A stretch of 64,000 nucleotides of DNA, from NCBI GenBank assembly GCA_963742735.1, contig CAVUMN010000003.1, positions 192,001-256,000 on the forward strand, given 5' to 3'. Made by a program: the position numbers and the translations under genes. The notes under the pieces were generated by a model, which saw only the letters and a list, made by a program, of their open reading frames with translations, made no database searches and was not told the origin of the DNA. Positions within the stretch are counted from its first letter, which is position 1. Every line of letters begins with the position of its first letter. The stretch comes from an uncultured Actinomycetes bacterium. Its GTDB lineage: Bacteria; Actinomycetota; UBA4738; JBBDTT01. Below are positions 9,974 through 21,005 of this stretch, in pieces.

Positions 9974-10437
9974 GCCACATCCGGGTAGCGGTGAACGTCG
10001 ACGCGCCGCGACAGCTCGTCTGGGAGGTCGTCGCCGACCCGCGCAACCTGCCGGACTGGGACCGCCACGTCGTCTCGGTGAGGGACGTCCCCGAGGGAGG
10101 GCTCAAGGCGGGCACCAGCTACGTCACGGAGATCGCCGTCTTCAGGGTCAAGTCGCGGGTGGACGCGTTCGTGAAGGAGGTTCGTCCGCCGGAGTACGCG
10201 GAGATCGAGCTGATCGGCGCGCCGCTTCGGGCGACCGTGCGGACCACCCTCACGGAGCTCAGCCAGGACCGGACCCGGCTGGAGCAGGATGTCGAGTACC
10301 ACGTCCGCGGCGGTCCGCTGGGGGAGGTCCTCGGACGGGCGCTTCGAGTCCTCGGGGCCGAGGCGATCCTTCGCCGGGGGGTCGAGGGTCAGAAGCGCCA
10401 GGCCGAGGAGCACGCCCGCAAGGTCGGTGGCTGGTAG
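9970..10437 (+). CDS. SRPBCC/START-domain protein
   Basis: VNVDAPRQLVWEVVADPRNLPDW pattern. Confidence 0.88.
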   Translation: MSHIRVAVNVDAPRQLVWEVVADPRNLPDWDRHVVSVRDVPEGGLKAGTSYVTEIAVFRVKSRVDAFVKEVRPPEYAEIELIGAPLRATVRTTLTELSQDRTRLEQDVEYHVRGGPLGEVLGRALRVLGAEAILRRGVEGQKRQAEEHARKVGGW

Positions 10438-10440
10438 CGC

Positions 10441-11100
10441 CTAGAGGACGACCGAGACCGAGAGGCCGTCCCCGACGGGGACGACGTGGGACACGAGCCC
10501 GGGGTCCTCGAAGATCCGGCGGTTGAACTCCCGGACCGCGTCGGTGGAGGGCTCGCGAACCGACGGATCCGAGACGGTGCCCTGCCACAGGACGTTGTCC
10601 GCGCAGATCAGGCCGCCGCGCCGGACGAGTCGCCGGGCGTGATCCAGGTAGTCCGGGTACTCGGACTTCACCGCGTCCATGAAGCACAGGTCGTACGGCC
10701 CCTCGAGCCCCGGCAGGACGTCGAGCGCCGCCCCGAGCCGGATCTCCACCTGCTCATCGACGCCCGCGGCTTCGTAGTTCGTCCGGCAGACCGCCGCGTT
10801 CTCCTCGCTGAGCTCGATCGTCTCCAGCCGGCCGCCCTCGGCGAGGCCGCGGGCGATCCATATGCCGGAGTAGCCGGCGCCGGCCCCGACCTCGAGCGCC
10901 CGGGTCGCGCCGACCAGACGGACCAGGATCTCCAGCAGGCGTCCGGCCTCGGGAGAGATGCTGGGCCGACCCGGTACCGACCGCGCGTCGGCGTACGCCC
11001 GCTCGAGGACGGGGTCCTGTCCGAGCAGATCCCGTATGTAGGCGAGGTCGCGTTCGTGATCGCGGGGCGACTCCATCGCCTCGGGAGGGCGGCGGCTCAC
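10441..11100 (-). CDS. O-methyltransferase (CCoAOMT/MdmC-like)
   Basis: LEVGAGAGYSGIWIA, DLCFMDAVK, ADNVLWQG, PVGDGL. Start is GTG 11100 or ATG 11076. Confidence 0.92.
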   Translation of the reverse strand: MSRRPPEAMESPRDHERDLAYIRDLLGQDPVLERAYADARSVPGRPSISPEAGRLLEILVRLVGATRALEVGAGAGYSGIWIARGLAEGGRLETIELSEENAAVCRTNYEAAGVDEQVEIRLGAALDVLPGLEGPYDLCFMDAVKSEYPDYLDHARRLVRRGGLICADNVLWQGTVSDPSVREPSTDAVREFNRRIFEDPGLVSHVVPVGDGLSVSVVL

Positions 11101-11471
11101 TCGCCGGGGGGTCGTTGCCGGCGGTCCCCGCGGCCGGGCTTCGCCTCGGCCTCCGCCTCGCGGATGAGCCGGCGATGCACCTTCGAGGGACGCCCGAGCA
11201 GGTACCCGACCATGCCTCCGATCAGGCCGCAGACCAGGAACACCCAGATCAGGCGGGCGTCCGCGGTGACGAACACGAAGTCGACACCGTTGCTCTCGGA
11301 GACGGGCTTCGAGTTCCGGATGATGAACAGGATGAACAGCACCACCAGCACGAGGGCCACGACGATCTTGCCGAGCCGCGAGCGGCGGGCCTTGTCCAGC
11401 TCGCGCATGTGCTGAGCTCGTTCGCCCGGCGTTCCTCCGGCGGGGTGCTCGGCTCGCTCCTCGTCGCCCAT
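11097..11471 (-). CDS. LapA/DUF1049-family small membrane protein
   Basis: Two TMs with FIIRN...V.F.F pattern. Confidence 0.75.
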   Translation of the reverse strand: MGDEERAEHPAGGTPGERAQHMRELDKARRSRLGKIVVALVLVVLFILFIIRNSKPVSESNGVDFVFVTADARLIWVFLVCGLIGGMVGYLLGRPSKVHRRLIREAEAEAKPGRGDRRQRPPGE

Positions 11472-11531
11472 CGTGCCCTCCTCGATCGTGGTCCGGGCGA
11501 TTGTGGCACGGGCCTCGGTAGGCTACCGGCC

Positions 11532-12140
11532 ATGTCACGACGGGGGTTGGGGGGCGCCGCGCTCGCCGCGGCCGCCGCGTTCGGGGTCGCCGCCGTCACG
11601 GCGCGGGGGAAGCTCCGCGAGCTCGACGACGGGCTGTTCAAGCGCGTGAACCGCGAGCGCGGCCCGATGGCCGATCGGGTTTTCGACCGGGTGACCGATC
11701 TCGGCTCGTTCTGGGCCGCCCTGGGCGCCGCGGCGGCGATCGCGGGGACCGGCCGCCGCCGGGCCGCCGCCGACGCGCTCGCCGCGGCGTCGGGCGCCTG
11801 GCTCCTGGGGCAGGGCGTCAAGAAGCTCTTCGGGCGGGCGAGGCCGTACGACGCGATGACGGAGATGCGGCTCCTCGTCGGCCGTCAGATGGGCACGTCG
11901 TGGCCCAGCAGCCACCCGCTGGTGTTCACGGCGTTCGCCACCGTGGCCGCGCGCGACCTGGAGGTAGGCCGCGGCGGGCGAGCCGTCCTCGGCGGGGTCT
12001 CGGGCCTGGTGGCGTACTCGCGGGTCCACGTGGGCGTGCACTACCCCTCGGACGTCGTCGGCGGCGTCCTGCTCGGCCGAGCCTTCGGCCGGGCCTGGGC
12101 GGCGCTCCTCTCGCCGGCCCTTGCCGGGGACGGCCGCTAG
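11532..12140 (+). CDS. PAP2-family phosphatase
   Basis: KKLFGRARP, SWPSSH, SRVHVGVHYPSDV. Confidence 0.92.
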   Translation: MSRRGLGGAALAAAAAFGVAAVTARGKLRELDDGLFKRVNRERGPMADRVFDRVTDLGSFWAALGAAAAIAGTGRRRAAADALAAASGAWLLGQGVKKLFGRARPYDAMTEMRLLVGRQMGTSWPSSHPLVFTAFATVAARDLEVGRGGRAVLGGVSGLVAYSRVHVGVHYPSDVVGGVLLGRAFGRAWAALLSPALAGDGR

Positions 12141-12151
12141 ACTCGCCCGCC

Positions 12152-13471
12152 ATGGACGCCGTCGCCGCGATCGGCTGGGAGGTCCTCGACCGCTTCGACC
12201 TTGGGCCGCTGCGGATGTCCCCGCACGGGGTGGGGATCGCCCTCGGGTATCTCGCCGGGTCCTGGTGGCTCCTGCGGGAGGGCAAGGTGCGCGGCCTGAA
12301 CGAGGACGACATCTCCTCGGTCCTGCTCCGGGCGTTGATCGGGGCGATCCTGGGGGCCCGCTTCTTCTACGTCCTCGCCCACTTCTCGGAGTTCGACACC
12401 TACGTCGACATGCTCAAGATCTGGCAGGGCGGGATCAGCCTGATCGGCGGGATCTTCGGCGCGATCATCGCCGCGTACCCGTTCATGCGGAAGCACCGGA
12501 TGGGCTTCCTGCGCACGATGGACTCGGCCGCGATCGGCCTCGCCTTCGGGATCCTGTTCGGCCGGGTGGGGGATCTGATCATCGGCGACCACCTCGGGAA
12601 GCCGACGTCGTGGCTGCTGGCGTTCGTCTACAAGGGTGGGAACCTCAGCGGCTACGACTGCTCGATCGCCGACGTGTGCCGCACGACGCTGTCGGGCGAC
12701 CACACGCAGATCATCCAGGCGAGCCGGGCGGAGCTCCTGAACCCGGCCCACGAGGTCATCCAGAGCGGGATCGGCGTGCACCAGACCGCTCTGTACGACT
12801 TCATCAGCACCTTCTTCCTGTTCGGCCTGCTCGTTTGGCTCTCGCGCAAGAGCCATCGGCAGGGCTTCATGATCGCGGTCTTCGCGCTGTGGTACGGGGC
12901 GATGCGGATCGTCACCGACTTCCTCCGTGTGGACAAGCGGTTCTTCGGCCTCACCGGAAGCCAGTGGGCGAGCGTGGCCGTCGCGTCGATCGCCGCCTTC
13001 GCCCTGCTGAAGTGGATGCGCGCGGGCCGCATCGAGGCGTCCTCCGACGCGGCGACCGGCGCCGACGTCCTGGCAGCGGTGGCCGGCCCCGCGCCCCCGC
13101 CGGCCGCGCCCGTCGCGACCACGGAGGCGCCGGGAGAGCCGACGGTCGTGGAGCCGTCCGCCGCCGAGCCGTCCGTCGTGCAAGAGGAACCGGAGCGACC
13201 GCCGCCCGGGCCCGAACCCGAACGGCCGATCCCCGGACACGAGCCCGGCCCGGAACCGCCGCAGCCGCAGCTGCAGCCCGAGACGTCGCCCGGAGCGACA
13301 CGAGAGGCGACGAGCGAGGCGGCCACCGAGGCGACAAGCGAGGCGGCCACCGGGGAGGCCACCGAGGCGGCCGAACCGGATGCCCCGGCCGAGTCGCGGG
13401 ACGTGCCACGGGACGCGCCGTCGGACTCGGTCACGACGTTCACGCCCCCTCCGGATCCGACCTCGACCTAG
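12152..13471 (+). CDS. lgt: Prolipoprotein diacylglyceryl transferase with a long acidic/Pro-rich tail
   Basis: GAILGARFFYV, KIWQGG, GRVGD...G.HLGKPT, HQTALYD, YGAMR...DFLR. Confidence 0.85.
   Translation: MDAVAAIGWEVLDRFDLGPLRMSPHGVGIALGYLAGSWWLLREGKVRGLNEDDISSVLLRALIGAILGARFFYVLAHFSEFDTYVDMLKIWQGGISLIGGIFGAIIAAYPFMRKHRMGFLRTMDSAAIGLAFGILFGRVGDLIIGDHLGKPTSWLLAFVYKGGNLSGYDCSIADVCRTTLSGDHTQIIQASRAELLNPAHEVIQSGIGVHQTALYDFISTFFLFGLLVWLSRKSHRQGFMIAVFALWYGAMRIVTDFLRVDKRFFGLTGSQWASVAVASIAAFALLKWMRAGRIEASSDAATGADVLAAVAGPAPPPAAPVATTEAPGEPTVVEPSAAEPSVVQEEPERPPPGPEPERPIPGHEPGPEPPQPQLQPETSPGATREATSEAATEATSEAATGEATEAAEPDAPAESRDVPRDAPSDSVTTFTPPPDPTST
13304..13372 (+). repeat. 24-nt tandem repeat (EATSEAAT x2 plus a partial copy) in the Lgt tail
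   Basis: gaggcgacgagcgaggcggccacc / gaggcgacaagcgaggcggccacc. Confidence 0.8.
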
Positions 13472-13510
13472 GGAACGCGGCGTTCGAGCCGGGCGCGGTA
13501 CGCTCGGTGC

Positions 13511-16159
<2,649 letters not shown>

Positions 16160-16166
16160 CCCGCGG

Positions 16167-17663
16167 TCACAGCACGACCTCGCACTCCAGGACCAGATCG
16201 CCGACGTCGAACGAGCAGCTGTCCGTCCCCACGGAGCCGCGGACGAAGTCCTGTGTGTCCCCGTCGTCGCCGTGGAGGACGTCGTTGCCGGCGAACCCCA
16301 TGACCCAGCTCCCCACGCCGCCGAACCTGGCGGTCAGGACGTCGTCGCCACCCGATCCGTACACGTGGACGAACGAGGCGATCACGTCGGTGCCGAACGC
16401 CCCCGAGCTCGTCATCGCGGTCAGGTCGATCGTCTGTCCGGGACCGGATCCCTGGATGTCCGAGTACTCGATCGTGTCCGCCCCCGGCCCGCCGTCGGAC
16501 ATGGGGTCGTCCCCGAAGCCAGGCAGGAGGCGGTCGTCGCCGTTCCCGCCGTAGAGGCTGTCGTTCCCGAGGTTGCCGCGGACCTTGTCGTTCCCGTCGC
16601 CACCGCGAACGACGTCGTGGCCCTCCCTGCCGTCCAGGTAGTTCGCCTGCCCGTCGCCCGTGATGTCGTCGTTGTAGGGCGAGCCCTGGACCTGCTCGAT
16701 CGTGCTGACCTGAGCCCCCGCGGGCCCGGCGAACACGATCGAGTCCCACCCCGCGGCCTCGTTGTACCCGTAGCCGGCCGCGAGGTCGACGACGACTCCG
16801 GAGCCCGACACCGTGGTGTCGTAGAAGCCCGCCGCGTCCAGTCCGGCGCGGCCGTCCAGGTAGTCGTTCCCCCGGCAGCCGAGGAGGGTGTCGCCTCCGG
16901 CGCCGCCGATGAGCACGTCCCCGCCGTCCAGGCCGACGATGCCGTCGTCTCCGGGACCGCCGCAGATCACGTTGGCCGTCGGCGAGGGGTCCGCCAGCTG
17001 ATCGTTGCCGGTCGTGCCCAGAACATGGCAGTTCTCGCCGTGGGGCGTCGAGTCCCACACCCGCCAGTCCTGCGCGGAGTCCGTGTCGTTGTCCATGGTC
17101 GGGCGGAACAGGGAGAAGTCGGGCTGGACGCCGTCGTCCGTGCCCACCGCCGGCCCCAGGTTGATCAGCGGGCCTCCCGCGATCCGCGCCGAGGGGATGT
17201 CGGCCTCGTACGCCACCGCGTCGAACACGAAGTTCGTCGCGGTGTTGATCAGCGCGAGCCCGTCGGGCCCGTTCTGGATCTGGTTGCTGTCACCCGGGAG
17301 CGCGAACGTCGCCGACCCGCCGGGCATCAGGAACGGCAGCGTCCCGCTGGCGATCGTCACGATGCCGAGCGGGGGGATCGAGCCCGACAGCGGGACCCGA
17401 AGGTATTCGCTCGCCGGCGTGTCGCCGGCGTTGAAGAACACGACCGCGACGTTGGTCAGGCCGACCGACGTCCGGGCCATGTTGTAGATCTCGACGAACT
17501 CCGCCGTGTCCGTGGAGGGCTGGTCGTAGTCGACCTCGCTGATCACGAGGTTCACCGACGCAGCGCTTGCGGGCGCGGCGAGGATTGGAACAAGGGTCGC
17601 CACGACCATCGCGGCGAGCAGCCATCCCAGGCGACGAAGTCGCGGAGCGGGACCGGGCAGCAT
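16167..17663 (-). CDS. Secreted lamin-tail-domain protein with RTX-like Ca-binding repeats
   Basis: Signal peptide (..PASA); VISEVDYD..STDTAEFVEIYN; many GGxGxD nonapeptides; GGAGG RBS. Confidence 0.85.
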   Translation of the reverse strand: MLPGPAPRLRRLGWLLAAMVVATLVPILAAPASAASVNLVISEVDYDQPSTDTAEFVEIYNMARTSVGLTNVAVVFFNAGDTPASEYLRVPLSGSIPPLGIVTIASGTLPFLMPGGSATFALPGDSNQIQNGPDGLALINTATNFVFDAVAYEADIPSARIAGGPLINLGPAVGTDDGVQPDFSLFRPTMDNDTDSAQDWRVWDSTPHGENCHVLGTTGNDQLADPSPTANVICGGPGDDGIVGLDGGDVLIGGAGGDTLLGCRGNDYLDGRAGLDAAGFYDTTVSGSGVVVDLAAGYGYNEAAGWDSIVFAGPAGAQVSTIEQVQGSPYNDDITGDGQANYLDGREGHDVVRGGDGNDKVRGNLGNDSLYGGNGDDRLLPGFGDDPMSDGGPGADTIEYSDIQGSGPGQTIDLTAMTSSGAFGTDVIASFVHVYGSGGDDVLTARFGGVGSWVMGFAGNDVLHGDDGDTQDFVRGSVGTDSCSFDVGDLVLECEVVL

Positions 17664-18057
17664 GGTTCCTCCTCTCCGGGGGAGGAGACGCGCGAACGCT
17701 AGCAGGGGGGTCTGACACGGCCTCCCCCCGCCGGAACCGAGTCGGGGTCGGGGCTCGTCACCGAACCTTCACGACGTCTTCACGCGTTCCGCTCCTCCGG
17801 CCGCCGGGGATGCCGTAGAACGTTCGGAATGCTTGGACCTGTCCTCCTCGAGGCGTCGCCAGTGCTGGGCGGACAGGCGGGCCAGGACGGCATCGTGCTG
17901 CTCCCGCCGTTGCTCTTCCTCTTGCTTGCACTCGCGTTCCTGATCGCGGGACCGATGATCGGGGCGGCAACGGTGGGCCTGCTCGTGGCCGTCGTGCATC
18001 TCATGCGGCGACTGGGCGGGGAAGCGCAGCTCCTCCGAAACGGTGGCTCGGAGGCGG

Positions 18058-19224
18058 CTAGTGGGAGTGGCCGGCGTGGTCGTGGCCGGCGTGGCCGCCG
18101 CCGTTTCCGGACGGCGCGGCGCCCGCGGCGACCGTCAGGCCGAGGGGCTTGCCGACCTTGCTCTTCGACAGCCGGGCGATCTGGCTCGCCACCTCGCGGA
18201 GCTGGACGCTGGCGGGCGAGTCGGGGTCGGAGACCATGATCGGGGTGCCGGAGTCGCCGCCCTCGCGCAGGCTGGCCACCAGCGGGATCTGGCCGAGGAG
18301 CGGCACGTCGAGCGTCTCGGCCGCCTCGCGCCCGCCGCCCTCGCCGAAGATCTGGTGGCGCTCGTTGCAGGAGGGGCACACGAAGTAGCTCATGTTCTCG
18401 ACGACGCCGAGGACCTTCAGCCGGGCCTGGCCGGCCATCTTCCCCGCCCGCTCGGCGACCTTGCGGGCCGCCTCCTGCGGGGTGGTGACCACCAGCATGT
18501 TCGCGCCGGGGAGGAACGAGGCCATCGAGATCGACACGTCGCCGGTCCCCGGGGGCAGGTCGGCGAGCAGGAAGTCCAGGTCCCCCCAGTAGACGTCGCC
18601 CAGGAACTGCTGGACGGCCTTGTGGAGCATGGGCCCGCGCCAGATCACCGGGGTCTCCTCCGGCACGAAGAACCCCATCGAGATGATCTTCACGCCGTGG
18701 GACTCGAGCGGCAGGATCATCTGGTTGAACGCGACGGGCCGGCCGGAGATCCCCATCATCCGGGGGATGGAGAAGCCCCACACGTCCGCGTCGAGGATGC
18801 CCACGCGGTGACCCTCCGCGGCCAGCGCCACGGCCAGATTCGCGGTCACGCTCGACTTGCCGACGCCGCCCTTGCCGGACGCGACCGCGATCACGCTGGT
18901 CTGCCCGTCGGTGAAGAACGCCTGCGCCTCGGGCCGGCCGCCGCGCAGAGAGGTGACCAGGCCCTCCCGCTGCTCCGAGGACATCTCGCCGAGGACCACG
19001 TCCACCCGCGTCACGCCCTCCAGGGGCGCGACGGCGTCGGTGACGCGGCGGTTGATCTCGTCCTTCAGGGGGCAGCCGGGAACGGTGAGCAGGACGTCCA
19101 CGCGGACCACGCCGTCGGGGGCGATCGCGATGCCCTTGAGCATCCCGATCTCCTCGATCGGACGGTTGATCTCGGGGTCGTGGACGCTGCGAAGCGCCTC
19201 GCGTACCTGTTCCTCGGTAACCAT
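18058..19224 (-). CDS. mrp: Mrp/ApbC/NBP35 Fe-S cluster carrier ATPase
   Basis: N-terminal DPE...T.PGCP domain, GKGGVGKS, DLPPGTGD, ENMSYFVCPSC, His-rich tail. Confidence 0.95.
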   Translation of the reverse strand: MVTEEQVREALRSVHDPEINRPIEEIGMLKGIAIAPDGVVRVDVLLTVPGCPLKDEINRRVTDAVAPLEGVTRVDVVLGEMSSEQREGLVTSLRGGRPEAQAFFTDGQTSVIAVASGKGGVGKSSVTANLAVALAAEGHRVGILDADVWGFSIPRMMGISGRPVAFNQMILPLESHGVKIISMGFFVPEETPVIWRGPMLHKAVQQFLGDVYWGDLDFLLADLPPGTGDVSISMASFLPGANMLVVTTPQEAARKVAERAGKMAGQARLKVLGVVENMSYFVCPSCNERHQIFGEGGGREAAETLDVPLLGQIPLVASLREGGDSGTPIMVSDPDSPASVQLREVASQIARLSKSKVGKPLGLTVAAGAAPSGNGGGHAGHDHAGHSH

Positions 19225-19288
19225 CAGAGATTTATCCTGTTTGGCACGGTGCCTATCTCACATGGTAGTCGGGGCTCGGAGATGCGTC

Positions 19289-19960
19289 ATGCCTGAGGTC
19301 AAAGATCTCGAGGTCCACAAGGCCCTCGCCGACGACACGCGGTACCGGCTGTACCGCCACCTGGGGCTGGCGGGTCGCCCCACGTCGGTCCAGGAGCTGT
19401 CCCGCCGCCTGTCCCTGCATCCGAACACGCTCCGTCCGCACCTGCGACGGCTCGAGGAGGCGGGGCTCGTCTCCCGCGAGGTCCGCAAGGGCGCCTCGGT
19501 CGGCCGTCCCCAGACCCTCTACGCCCTGGCCGCAGCGACGCCGGGCCCCACGGGCGACCACCGCCTCCTGGCCGAGATCCTGGCCGGCAGCCTGCGGGGC
19601 AAGCGCGCGATGACCGACGTGGAGGCGCTGGCGGAGGAGTGGGGCACGTACCTGGTCAGCCAGGGCGGCCCGAAGCCGGGCGTCGAGCTGCCGGCCCGAA
19701 GGAACCTGGCCATCCTCCAGGAAGCGATGGCGCGGGCGGGCTTCCAGCCGAGGTTCCGACGGACCGGGACGACCGTGGAGGTGACCATGCGCGACTGCCC
19801 CTTCCGCGACCTGGTCGAGGAGCACCGCGAGCTGGTGGAGATCGTTCACCGAGGCCTGCTGACCGGGATGCTGAAGGGCCTGAAGCCGGGGATGAAGCTG
19901 AAGGAGCTCAAGCCCTTCGTCGAACGCAACCTCTGCCGCCTCGTCGCCGGCTCCCGGTAG
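19289..19960 (+). CDS. ArsR/SufR-like helix-turn-helix regulator
   Basis: ALADDTRY, HPNTLRPHLRRLEEAGLV...GRP; C-terminal DCPF...VH.G...C. Confidence 0.85.
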   Translation: MPEVKDLEVHKALADDTRYRLYRHLGLAGRPTSVQELSRRLSLHPNTLRPHLRRLEEAGLVSREVRKGASVGRPQTLYALAAATPGPTGDHRLLAEILAGSLRGKRAMTDVEALAEEWGTYLVSQGGPKPGVELPARRNLAILQEAMARAGFQPRFRRTGTTVEVTMRDCPFRDLVEEHRELVEIVHRGLLTGMLKGLKPGMKLKELKPFVERNLCRLVAGSR

Positions 19961-19963
19961 ACC

Positions 19964-20968
19964 GTGCTCTCTGACACGATCAAGACGGTGGGCGCTTCCG
20001 AGGGACGATGCTCGGGCCGCGGACGAAGACGCCTGAGCCAACCAGCGAGGGCGACGATCTCGCTAAGGCTCGGCTTGGTTCTGGCCACCTTGACTTGTCT
20101 GAGCCACTGCACGCCCAGTGATTCCCGGCCGGTGCCCTCAGCTTCTGCTGCCGCAGAGGAAACGCCTACCCACCTCGCGCTGGATCGCGACGTAACCCGC
20201 GAATTGGAGGAGGCTCTCTTCAGATATGGCGTCGGGTTCAATGCTGGACTGAAGGTGTCTGACGGCCTCCAGGTCTCGGCGGATATCGCCTTCGCCCTCT
20301 ATGAGGCGAATTCCGGCCTCCTCGGGTTTGCGGGTTTCGAGAGGCGCGACGGGGCCTGGCAAGTCGCGGACACGATCGCTGGGCCATGGAGCGAAGTACC
20401 GGAACCTGGCTCCGCCTTTTATGTGCTCTTTCCCGTCACCGTCGATGGCGCGACGGCTGTTGGTGGGCGTGTCGATGCGGAAACAGACGTTGTCATCAGC
20501 CTTGATAGCAAGGGGAGGCCAATCGACAGTGACACTCCGCGGCGGGGCCTTGTGACGCTGATGGCCACTGACGGCGCGCAAGTCCGAGGGCTGGAGGGAG
20601 ACGAGACTGCCTTTGCCTACCCATTCGGTGTCGTTACCGTCCCTGCAGCACAGAGGGTTCCGGCTGATGCCCGAGCGACGACGGATTCGTTCATGTCCTC
20701 CCTGAAATCGGTCGATTGGCCGTCAGCAGCAGGCTTTGTAAGTGATGCGGTGAGTCCTGATGTGTTTGTTGCGCTGCTCCACGATCTCCAGGGTACCGCC
20801 GGTCTCGGAGATGGAGGCGTGCGGCACGACCCCGGAGGGTTCACCTACTTGGTCTCGAACGGGCGCCGCACAGCGTTGCAGCTGCTCCTTCGTCGGGAGG
20901 GCGGGGACTGGAAGGTTTGGTATTACCTGTACCGGTCGTGCGTTGTTAGACCTGGCGTGTGCCCGTAG
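19964..20968 (+). CDS. Hypothetical exported/lipoprotein, atypical composition (start uncertain)
   Basis: 334-aa ORF; hydrophobic stretch ending LTCLSHC; many A/T third positions. Confidence 0.6.
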   Translation: MLSDTIKTVGASEGRCSGRGRRRLSQPARATISLRLGLVLATLTCLSHCTPSDSRPVPSASAAAEETPTHLALDRDVTRELEEALFRYGVGFNAGLKVSDGLQVSADIAFALYEANSGLLGFAGFERRDGAWQVADTIAGPWSEVPEPGSAFYVLFPVTVDGATAVGGRVDAETDVVISLDSKGRPIDSDTPRRGLVTLMATDGAQVRGLEGDETAFAYPFGVVTVPAAQRVPADARATTDSFMSSLKSVDWPSAAGFVSDAVSPDVFVALLHDLQGTAGLGDGGVRHDPGGFTYLVSNGRRTALQLLLRREGGDWKVWYYLYRSCVVRPGVCP

Positions 20969-21005
20969 TAGTTCTCGAGATCTCGATCGGGGATCTGACG
21001 GTCCG

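Noticed and set aside
17769-18239. Small ORFs 17829-18239 (+) and 17769-17999 (-)
   Set aside because: The plus ORF has a hydrophobic stretch but runs about 180 nt into mrp and lacks an RBS; the minus ORF has no motif. Neither is supportable.
19242-19256. Sigma54 -24 element TGGCAC
   Set aside because: No TTGC at the -12 position.
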